Shown: in pieces, positions 10,046 to 17,488 of the stretch | Numbering within the stretch: the stretch's first letter is position 1 | How the letters are laid out: every line of letters begins with the position of its first letter | Origin: a virus | Direction: 5' to 3' (one strand) | Length of the DNA: 64,000 nucleotides | IMG/VR virus record: IMGVR_UViG_3300043444_000257 | Location: 20,509 to 84,508 of that record | Program-made: the position numbers and the translations under genes | Notes under the pieces: generated by a model | The model's database searches: none | Told to the model about the DNA's origin: nothing | What the model saw: only the letters and a program-made list of their open reading frames with translations

Positions 10046-10525
10046 TGCGGTTTTTTGGCTAGCGCAGGCCTAAGTTCGTGCGCTCTAAACCTGGTCAATC
10101 GTGGTCACAGGGACGGAATTCCATGCCGCAATGGTGCTCAACTACTACCCATTTATGGATGAAGATCGCTTAAAACCTGCGATTTAGTTGTTTGAAAAGG
10201 ATTTGTAAAGGTAAAATGAGGGGAGAAAAACCCCACGTCTGCAATAATGATAGCGTATTATTGTAGGCCGCCGTTGTATAAAGACGGAGCTCGAGGTATC
10301 GGACAACCGCCTCTGTAATGCTCTAACGCTGTGTGACATGATTCGACTCGGATAATGTTTTTTCTTTGCCCGGCAACGGGCAAAGTGTGACTGAAACGAT
10401 CTGGATAATGCTAAACTTTGCGCTTCGCGCAAAAAAATTATTTCATGCATCTATGAAATAATTAAAAGAAAAGGAATAATGCGCTGAGCGTAAGCGAAAG
10501 CGCAAAAGAGCTTTAGCTCTTTCTT
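10046..10525 (+). ncRNA. Putative large structured non-coding RNA and/or replication origin (family not recognised)
   Basis: About 520 nt intergenic with no credible ORF, carrying more than 10 hairpins. Examples: 10239-10266 (11 bp, two G-U pairs), 10364-10385 (9 bp, GCAA loop), 10417-10433, 10436-10463 and 10505-10522. Confidence 0.55.
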
Positions 10526-10529
10526 CCGA

Positions 10530-10535
10530 TAAATA
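10530..10535 (+). promoter_or_regulatory. Putative late promoter TAAATA
   Basis: GATAAATA about 30 nt upstream of ATG 10564. Confidence 0.55.
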
Positions 10536-10563
10536 AACTATAATTCTTTGGATTAATGACTAA

Positions 10564-12057
10564 ATGCGAATTACCCAAGTTCAAAACTCTTATCTCTACG
10601 AAGGCCTAGATCGCTCGACATCAAATTCTATGATGTTATGGGAAAGTGCGGGTTTCAAGTTACGTGAAGCAGCACTGACAGCCGATCAAATACAACAGAT
10701 ATTCCAATCCGTAGAGCAGGGTGCTACTGATGCTGGCAGTAATCGCACATTATTGGGCAAAGGCAAAGATGCCGCTTCGGCAGTTAACAAAGCCTGGGAA
10801 GATCTAAAGACAAAAATTCAAGACAGTGGTCCTATCAAAGCCGTAGATCAAAAGTATGACGACGTTGTAGCTAAGATCGAAAAAGGACTAGGTGGTCCAG
10901 ATAACGCTATCAATAAAATAATCCAATCATATCGTAAGTTTGCCAAAGAGCATCCTATCGCACAGGGTTTCATTTACTCTGCATTGATCGCTGCTGCTGG
11001 TATTTCAGGCGCAGGACTTGGTGGTGCAGCGGTATTAGGTCTGCTGAAGATGACAGACAAACTGTTGCAAGGTGAAAAGTTTTCGTCTGCAGCCTATTCA
11101 GGCGCCAAAACTGGTGCAATGGCCTTTGCTGCTTCCAAGCTAGGTGACTTAATCAAAGGCGTTAAACCTGGTGAACAGGTTCCTGAACCCGATCCGGGCT
11201 CAGTCGCTTGGGAAAAAAGAGATTTTGAAAACTACGATTACTACATGCATCCTAACAACGGCACTGTGGTCCAAGTGCCAAAAGGTATGGGTTCACCGTT
11301 TGATTCTAGCACAGCCGCAGGACAGGCCAGAGATCAATTAATAGCAGCAAACAATGCCGCTGGATCAGGAGCGAAGTCTGCACTGAAAGATCTAGCCACT
11401 GACCCAAATCTAAGTCCTATACAACAAAAGTTAGCCGCTGACCTTGCCGCAGGAAAAAATGTGCAGGGTGCAGATGAATTTATTAGAAAGGCCATAGCCG
11501 GTGCTGCTAAACGTCAATCTATGATCGGTGATAATCCAGATGGTTCGGCAGGCGAAGCCATGCGCCAGTTCATGTCTTTACAAAGATTGCAGCAGGCAGC
11601 AATGGGCGACAGCATTATACGCACAGGGAAGAAACTGTCTGAAGGTCAAGTCTATATGATCTTCAATCGTGTCATCCGTAAAGAACTCACAGAAGGACCT
11701 ATGGACGCGATCAAAGGAGCTGCTGGCAAAGCCGCTGGTTGGTTAGCGACCAAAGGCAAGAACTTAACTACTAAAATTACCGCAGACAAATTAAATTCTG
11801 CTTGGCAGAACGCAGGATCACCATCTGACCCTGATGATTTACATAATGTTATCACTGGAACCGGAGTTGCTCCTGACCTAGTCGATGCGGTCTACAAAGA
11901 TTTAGGAATCTCTAGTGCTGTTCAGCCCGCGCCTGACGAAGAAAAAGCCAAAAGCAAGACCGACTATGCGTCAATCAAAGAATTAGTATTAAAATTAGAT
12001 AAAAAAGGTAAACAGCGCATCGCTGCTTATCTGCAAAAACAACTAGGAACCGCTTGA
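10564..12057 (+). CDS. Probable internal virion/ejection protein, Ala/Gly-rich
   Basis: 497 aa after a late motif. Multiple L-x-E sites (LYEG, LREA, LSEG, LTEG), a hydrophobic Gly/Ala segment, and a C-terminal LDKKGKQRI motif shared with the next gene. Confidence 0.5.
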   Translation: MRITQVQNSYLYEGLDRSTSNSMMLWESAGFKLREAALTADQIQQIFQSVEQGATDAGSNRTLLGKGKDAASAVNKAWEDLKTKIQDSGPIKAVDQKYDDVVAKIEKGLGGPDNAINKIIQSYRKFAKEHPIAQGFIYSALIAAAGISGAGLGGAAVLGLLKMTDKLLQGEKFSSAAYSGAKTGAMAFAASKLGDLIKGVKPGEQVPEPDPGSVAWEKRDFENYDYYMHPNNGTVVQVPKGMGSPFDSSTAAGQARDQLIAANNAAGSGAKSALKDLATDPNLSPIQQKLAADLAAGKNVQGADEFIRKAIAGAAKRQSMIGDNPDGSAGEAMRQFMSLQRLQQAAMGDSIIRTGKKLSEGQVYMIFNRVIRKELTEGPMDAIKGAAGKAAGWLATKGKNLTTKITADKLNSAWQNAGSPSDPDDLHNVITGTGVAPDLVDAVYKDLGISSAVQPAPDEEKAKSKTDYASIKELVLKLDKKGKQRIAAYLQKQLGTA

Positions 12058-12058
12058 T

Positions 12059-13156
12059 ATGAGAATAAATGAACTAATCACAGAAAGTCAACAGCTAGAC
12101 GAAGGACCATTGGCCAACAAGATCGGCTCAGCAGTAGGCAAAGGTGTAGGCACACTGGCCAAAGGCGTGGGCGCCGTAGCCGGAGGTGTAGCAGGTCTAG
12201 GTGCTGCGGTTAAGAAAGGTTTTGCCGCAGGTAAGAAAACAGTGGCAGGTGCTGGAGACGATGACAGCGGTTCTGCCACAGCTCAAGCAGCGCCAGGTAG
12301 CACCACAGGCGAACCTGCACAACCAGCACCTACAGGCGGAGCAGCAGGAGCAGATGCTCAAAGCGGAGCCGCTACCGACACAGGAGCAGCACCAGCAGGT
12401 GGCAAGAAGCCAGGTTTTGTAGCAGGTCTCAAAGCAGGACTAGCAGGTAAAAAAGGACAGCCCGCCGCTGAACCAGCTGCTGGAGGAGCAGCACCAGCAG
12501 CAGCACCCGCAGGCGGTAGCGCAGCCGCACCAGCAGCAGGAGCCGAAGAAGAGCCCGCAGCAGCCGCAGCACCAACTGCACAAGATATTAATGCACAAGG
12601 TCCTGCAGGAACTGCACCCGCAAAACAACAGACAGGAGCAGCAGCACAGGCTATACAAAAAACTGCACAGGCCACACAAGATGCTGGCACAGAAAAAGCC
12701 GGACAGACAGTTTACGCTCAGGTTAAATCACAGATTAACAATCTAGATAAAAAAGGTAAACAACGTATCCTACAACTGCTACAGAAAAGTCTAACACAAC
12801 CAGATCCTAAAGCAGCCAAAGCAGGTGCAGCACCAGCAGCAGGCGCTCAACCAGCGGCTCAACCGGCAGCGGAACCAGCTGCTCAGGCAGCACCAGCAGC
12901 AGCACCTGCAGCTCAAGCAGCACCTGCTGCTGAACCAGCGGCTCCTAAGAAGAAAGGTCGAGCTAAGAAAGCCGCAGCACCAACACAGGCAGAAATTGAT
13001 GCTGACCGCGAACGCATTATGGGTGTGACATCTGATTCAAAGATTAACGCAGGAAATCCGTTAGCTGAAGCGTTGGCTGCTAAAGTTGAACAACACAAAC
13101 GTCAAATGTTTGAACAGAGTTTGCGCAAAGGCGAATTTAAAATTTTTACAAAATGA
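12059..13156 (+). CDS. Probable internal head protein, Ala/Pro/Gly low-complexity
   Basis: Starts MRINELITE...LDEGP. Long AAPA/QPAA repeats and an LDKKGKQRI motif. Confidence 0.55.
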   Translation: MRINELITESQQLDEGPLANKIGSAVGKGVGTLAKGVGAVAGGVAGLGAAVKKGFAAGKKTVAGAGDDDSGSATAQAAPGSTTGEPAQPAPTGGAAGADAQSGAATDTGAAPAGGKKPGFVAGLKAGLAGKKGQPAAEPAAGGAAPAAAPAGGSAAAPAAGAEEEPAAAAAPTAQDINAQGPAGTAPAKQQTGAAAQAIQKTAQATQDAGTEKAGQTVYAQVKSQINNLDKKGKQRILQLLQKSLTQPDPKAAKAGAAPAAGAQPAAQPAAEPAAQAAPAAAPAAQAAPAAEPAAPKKKGRAKKAAAPTQAEIDADRERIMGVTSDSKINAGNPLAEALAAKVEQHKRQMFEQSLRKGEFKIFTK

Positions 13157-13569
13157 AAATCAATGAAATAGTTGTAGAAAGTGATGTCGGTGACATTGCC
13201 AATCTCAGTGCTAAGAATGTTGGCTCTGGTTACGACGCTGTCAACAAATTATTTTCGCCTTCACAATGGTTTAAAGGCAGTGTAAAAACTGACGACGAAC
13301 CAGCTGTTCAAAAAACCAGTCCTAAAACAATCAAACCTTCGTCGACACAGCATCTAGAAAGAGAAGCTGTGATTGACGCTAGTCAAGGTAAAGAATTATT
13401 TAGAAACGATCTAGCACAGATTAAAACTGTCTATGGAAAAATTAAGTCTGGAGATATTGCTGTAAATGATTCTAACAATACTATGTTAGCTCTTAAAGCA
13501 GTGATTAAAGGCCAACCTCTAGACGATCAACAAAAAGTGTTATTAGCCCAGCTAGCCAAACAACTTTAA
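13153..13569 (+). CDS. Probable internal head protein
   Basis: Starts MKINEIVVE, similar to the previous gene. ATGA overlap. Confidence 0.5.
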   Translation: MKINEIVVESDVGDIANLSAKNVGSGYDAVNKLFSPSQWFKGSVKTDDEPAVQKTSPKTIKPSSTQHLEREAVIDASQGKELFRNDLAQIKTVYGKIKSGDIAVNDSNNTMLALKAVIKGQPLDDQQKVLLAQLAKQL

Positions 13570-13769
13570 AAGAAAGGTAGTCCTGTCTTTTTAGTTGTTT
13601 CGAGATTTTCTTTTATAATTTCACCAACGATTTCTCGTTCTTCCCAACTTAGGCTCATGCCTTCGCTGTAAGAAAGACCCCTCATATACCAACATAGTTT
13701 GAGAACTTCTTTCTTTACAGCCCTAACGTCTTTGTCCATTTTCTTAGACAAGTCCATGATCTCAGGCAA
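13566..13769 (-). CDS. gp51-like baseplate/tail assembly protein; probably also made as the -1 frameshift extension of the upstream gene
   Basis: WYMRGLSYSEGMSLSWEEREI resembles the small gp51/gpT-type chaperone motif. The frame is open back to the slippery site at 13793-13802. No clear SD. Confidence 0.6.
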   Translation of the reverse strand: MPEIMDLSKKMDKDVRAVKKEVLKLCWYMRGLSYSEGMSLSWEEREIVGEIIKENLETTKKTGLPFF

Positions 13770-13777
13770 GGGCAGGC

Positions 13778-14644
13778 TTAAGATCTGGCGGCGAAAAAAT
13801 TTGATTGGTCCATAGTCACAGGAAGGTCAAACTGTTGATGACATTCCTCGCACTCTGCATTCTGGACTTTCATTTCCATTTGTTCTTTCACACCAGCTAC
13901 ATGTTTAGAAATTTTATCAAATATGTCTTTAGAACAGTTATTGATAAACTCTTTGATCATAGGTTTGTCAGTAACTTCACCATCGGGCGTAGAAATTTTA
14001 GCAATACAATCGCCGATGACATCAACAGTGAGTTCTGTTAGCTTAACAAAACTCTTGCCAAAGCGATCCATTTTTTCTTCATCGCTCATATCTTCGTCAT
14101 TAATGATATTAAAAATACGCTGTTGTTCTAGAGTCTTTATTGAAGTCTTGGTGATCTCTTGATAAGTGTAAGGTCTTACATGAACTGTTAAAGGATCTAC
14201 TGGAATTTCGCTAGTATATGTAAAATTGGCAAACACGTTTAACCAAAGATTAAGGTCGATGTCATAACTGTTTTCGTGATTGCAATGAGGACAGTTAGCA
14301 CCCACTTCCATTTTTTCTCCGTAGGTAGCGATTCGAATCGCGATCAACACGAAGTCTAGATCGATACTAGGCATCTTCCAAGGATCTAAGATAGCTGGAA
14401 AACAGCTCTTGATAACTTCTACAGTGCTTTGACCAGATAATAATGCATCGGGAGTTTTGAACATTAGTTCATCTTTAGCGGTCATAGCATACACAGGATA
14501 CTCTCCTGTAGTGCTGACATCTAGTGTTCCCGGAGGATAAAACTCTCCATTTGACGGAAGTTTAACGTAGATCTTTGGTTGTCTGAACCAACCAGCTAGG
14601 GGATTTTTTTTCGCTCCTGATTGCTGATTTAACAATTCACTCAT
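13778..14644 (-). CDS. gp26: Baseplate hub assembly protein gp26-like
   Basis: YVKLPS.G.FY, VYAMTAKDELMFKTPDALLSG, DLDFVLIAIRIATYGE and two CxxC pairs (CPHC, CEEC). Start set at ATG 14644 with GGAG SD; the track's upstream extension overlaps the divergent gene. Confidence 0.8.
   Translation of the reverse strand: MSELLNQQSGAKKNPLAGWFRQPKIYVKLPSNGEFYPPGTLDVSTTGEYPVYAMTAKDELMFKTPDALLSGQSTVEVIKSCFPAILDPWKMPSIDLDFVLIAIRIATYGEKMEVGANCPHCNHENSYDIDLNLWLNVFANFTYTSEIPVDPLTVHVRPYTYQEITKTSIKTLEQQRIFNIINDEDMSDEEKMDRFGKSFVKLTELTVDVIGDCIAKISTPDGEVTDKPMIKEFINNCSKDIFDKISKHVAGVKEQMEMKVQNAECEECHQQFDLPVTMDQSNFFAARS
13793..13802 (-). promoter_or_regulatory. Putative -1 programmed ribosomal frameshift site A-AAU-UUU-UUC
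   Basis: Two overlapping X-XXY-YYZ heptamers in the zero frame, a few codons before the stop. The -1 frame continues without a stop into the 13566-13769 ORF. Confidence 0.65.
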
Positions 14645-14655
14645 TTTTTCTCCAA

Positions 14656-14683
14656 TAAATACAATTAGCGTCTTGTATTTATA
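14656..14683. promoter_or_regulatory. Pair of late promoters for the divergent gp26-like and tape measure genes
   Basis: Plus-strand TAAATA at 14656-14661 and minus-strand perfect TATAAATA at 14676-14683. Confidence 0.6.
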
Positions 14684-14712
14684 TACGCATTTTTCTGGGG
14701 AAAAAATAAAAT

Positions 14713-17475
14713 ATGGCCGGTGTAATGATTGATATTCCAGGTATTGGTAACGTAGAAGCCAAAAATGCGGCCACAGAATCAACTCTCAGAGAGATACTAA
14801 AAGCGATCGAGGGTGGCGCCGGTGGCGGCTATAAAAAAGGTGGTAAGCCCGGCACCGAAGAAAAGAATAAAGGTAAAGACACCGGCGGTGGCGGTGGCAA
14901 AGAAGGCGGAGGGGGAGGTAAATCTGCTCCTAGCATGTTTGGTCTTGGGAAAGCAGTTGGTGCAGCTATAAGACCAATACAACAAGTCACTGGCGGATTT
15001 ATGGCGCTAGGAGAACAGAGCGCGAACTTAATACAAAAATTTGCCAATGTTGGAGATAGTTTCAGCGGAGCTGCTTCAGTATTTTCAGGTATTCCTGTTT
15101 TAGGCACAGTTTTTGCAGCCGTAGCTGCTGCCGCAGATAAAACACTAGCATCATATCAATCAGCTACAGCTGGTGGTGCTACATTTGGAGGTAGCATGAA
15201 TGCCTTTGCCGGAGCTGCTAGTGCAGCCGGTATGACCATGGACAAATTTGGTGCTCTGATAGCACAGAACAGTGAAGCACTGATGACATTGGGTGGAACT
15301 ACTGAAGCAGGTGCTAAACGATTTGCTGCTCTTGGAAAAGAAATTAGAAATAGTGGAGTTGGTGCTCAATTATATGGTCTTGGTATGACTACTGAACAGG
15401 TCAACCAAGGTATGGCAAACTATATTAAAATGTATGGAGCCAACGGAGCTTTACAAAATAAATCAACGAAAGAACTAGCTGCCGGTGCAGGAAATTATCT
15501 GAAAGAATTAGATGCGCTGGCAAAAATTACTGGACAGAATAGAGCAGAAATACAAAAAGAACAAGAAGCAAGGATGAAAGACTCGCAGTTCCGTGCGGCT
15601 ATTGCGAACCTCGATGCCGACCAACAAAAAATGATGAATAACTTCATCAGTCAGTTTCCTAAAGAACAACAAGAAGCTGTTAAGGATATGATCGCCACAG
15701 GAAACATAACTTCTGATGCAGCTATATTATTCAACCAGCAAATGGGCGGAACTGCACAAGAAGTTATGAACATGGGTAACATTATCAAAGGTGGAGGAAA
15801 ACTTACCCAACAACAATATGATAATGCTTACAAAGGAGCAATCAGAGAAGCTAAAGTAGCTGCTCAGTCAGACGAAGCAAGAACACAGGCTTTATATAAC
15901 AGCCAGCAGTTTGGAAATACCTATATTGGTCTCGCAGAATTAGCCAAGCGTGATATCAACGGAAAAGAAAAAGCCTTAACAGAACAAGAAAAAGCAGCAC
16001 AGGCTCAAGCGGCAGCACAGGAAAAAGCTAAACAAGCCCTTGCAGCATTTAGTAACGATTTTCAAATGGCACTGGCTAATAGTGGAATACTTAAGCTATT
16101 AATGGACGCATTTAAACTTGCAGCTGACCTTGTTATGGACTGGGTAGTTCCTGCGTTCCATATATTTTCTGCGGTGATAACAGAAGTCGGAACCTTCTTG
16201 ATCACTAATTTAAAACCAGTGTTTGAAACCGTATCATCATTTATCAAAGATACGTTATATCCTATATTCCTTGATCTTGCAGCGATAATTGTAGTAGACG
16301 TATGGCCAGCTTTACAAGCAGTAGGAGATATCATTCAAACTTACGTATGGCCTGCCTTACAGACCATAGGCGGTGTGATAATGGATTATGTATATCCGGT
16401 GTTTGAAACTATGTATACCTTTATCGCTGATAACTTACAACCTATATTATTAGCTTTAGGCACAGCCCTAGTAGCCTATGCAGGTTATGTGACCATCATG
16501 AATGGTTTAGAACTAATTCGAAACGGATTATTAATTGCATCTAGCTTAGGCCTAGGAGGATTAGCCACCGCGGCTTGGGCAGCGGCTGCACCTATACTAG
16601 CTGTCGTGGCTCCTGTTGTAGCTCTGATAGGATTATTTGTCTACCTATACAAAAACGGATGGACGCTGAGCACAGCATTCGAAGCCATTAAAGATAATAT
16701 AGAACGTTTTGGTATGAGTTTCATGGAAATGTTGGATTTTATTAGAAATAAATTACCCAATGATTGGGGTGGAATTTCTGATGAAGAAAAGAAATTAAGA
16801 GATGCAGAACGAGAAAAACGTAGAAAAGAACTAGACGAAAAAGAAAAAGACAGAGACAAAGCAAGAGCAGCCAAAGCCGAGGAACGATCATCGGAAAATA
16901 AAGCACAACAAAGAAAAGCTGCTGCTGCGAAAATTGATCAAAAGATTATAGATCTTAAGAATCAAGGCGCTGGAGGACTAGGTGCTGCTAATGCTAGAGA
17001 ACAAAAAGCTAGAGATAAAGCCGCCGAATTAAAAGAACAAGAACTTAATCTTGAAGATCCAACACAGATGTTGCTTGGATATGCTCAACAACAAAAGAGT
17101 GCATTTATTAAAAATGCAGAAGGCAAAGCCGGAGACAAATCAGCTACAAAACCAAGTGCAGTTATTAAAAATCCAGAAAGTGCCGCTACTGCTGGAGCAG
17201 AAGGAACTAAAAAAGCCATAGAAGCTAGAGCTGAAGAAAAAGCCAAAGCTGAAGAAAAAGCCAAAGCTGACGCTGCTGCAAAGAAGGAAGCAGAAGATAA
17301 AGCCAAAGGAAAAGGTCCTGCACCAGCTACTCAAGAATCGGCCGAAACCTTGTTGGCTAGCTTAAATACTAAGATGGATCAACTTATAAAAATCAATAAA
17401 GGTGTTCACGAAGTCAACGAGAAACAGCTCACTGTTCAACAGAGCTTTTCGGGCGATGTATACGCTGCTGTCTAA
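14713..17475 (+). CDS. Tape measure protein-like (gp29 analogue)
   Basis: 920 aa, Ala/Gly-rich helical, with periodic Trp/Tyr-Pro repeats (WVVPAF, LYPIF, VWPAL, VYPVF), a hydrophobic segment and a charged coiled coil. Adjacent to gp26-like. Confidence 0.7.
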   Translation: MAGVMIDIPGIGNVEAKNAATESTLREILKAIEGGAGGGYKKGGKPGTEEKNKGKDTGGGGGKEGGGGGKSAPSMFGLGKAVGAAIRPIQQVTGGFMALGEQSANLIQKFANVGDSFSGAASVFSGIPVLGTVFAAVAAAADKTLASYQSATAGGATFGGSMNAFAGAASAAGMTMDKFGALIAQNSEALMTLGGTTEAGAKRFAALGKEIRNSGVGAQLYGLGMTTEQVNQGMANYIKMYGANGALQNKSTKELAAGAGNYLKELDALAKITGQNRAEIQKEQEARMKDSQFRAAIANLDADQQKMMNNFISQFPKEQQEAVKDMIATGNITSDAAILFNQQMGGTAQEVMNMGNIIKGGGKLTQQQYDNAYKGAIREAKVAAQSDEARTQALYNSQQFGNTYIGLAELAKRDINGKEKALTEQEKAAQAQAAAQEKAKQALAAFSNDFQMALANSGILKLLMDAFKLAADLVMDWVVPAFHIFSAVITEVGTFLITNLKPVFETVSSFIKDTLYPIFLDLAAIIVVDVWPALQAVGDIIQTYVWPALQTIGGVIMDYVYPVFETMYTFIADNLQPILLALGTALVAYAGYVTIMNGLELIRNGLLIASSLGLGGLATAAWAAAAPILAVVAPVVALIGLFVYLYKNGWTLSTAFEAIKDNIERFGMSFMEMLDFIRNKLPNDWGGISDEEKKLRDAEREKRRKELDEKEKDRDKARAAKAEERSSENKAQQRKAAAAKIDQKIIDLKNQGAGGLGAANAREQKARDKAAELKEQELNLEDPTQMLLGYAQQQKSAFIKNAEGKAGDKSATKPSAVIKNPESAATAGAEGTKKAIEARAEEKAKAEEKAKADAAAKKEAEDKAKGKGPAPATQESAETLLASLNTKMDQLIKINKGVHEVNEKQLTVQQSFSGDVYAAV

Positions 17476-17488
17476 GTGATAATTCATA

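Noticed and set aside
10331-10410. CRISPR or TIGR-like array
   Set aside because: Only two imperfect units, and no Cas or Nop-domain gene in the window.
10184-10450. 88-aa minus-strand ORF in the intergenic region
   Set aside because: No SD, atypical composition, and it runs through the hairpin array. Likely spurious.
10046-10525. Group I/II intron, tmRNA, RNase P or HEARO/omega RNA identity for the structured region
   Set aside because: No interrupted gene, no recognisable catalytic core or tRNA-like ends. The CTCAACTAC..CCC resemblance to HEARO 5' ends is too short, and there is no IscB/HNH gene.
12088-13098. Several overlapping alternative-frame ORFs, including a Cys-rich 79-aa one
   Set aside because: Shadows of the GCA/CCA-rich low-complexity Ala/Pro gene on the plus strand.
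14645-14782. N-terminal extension of the gp26-like ORF given in the track
   Set aside because: It overlaps the divergent tape measure gene and both promoters. ATG 14644 has a proper SD.
17229-17270. 18-nt tandem repeat in the tape measure gene
   Set aside because: Simple AEEKAK coding duplication in a charged linker, with no sign of a separate function.
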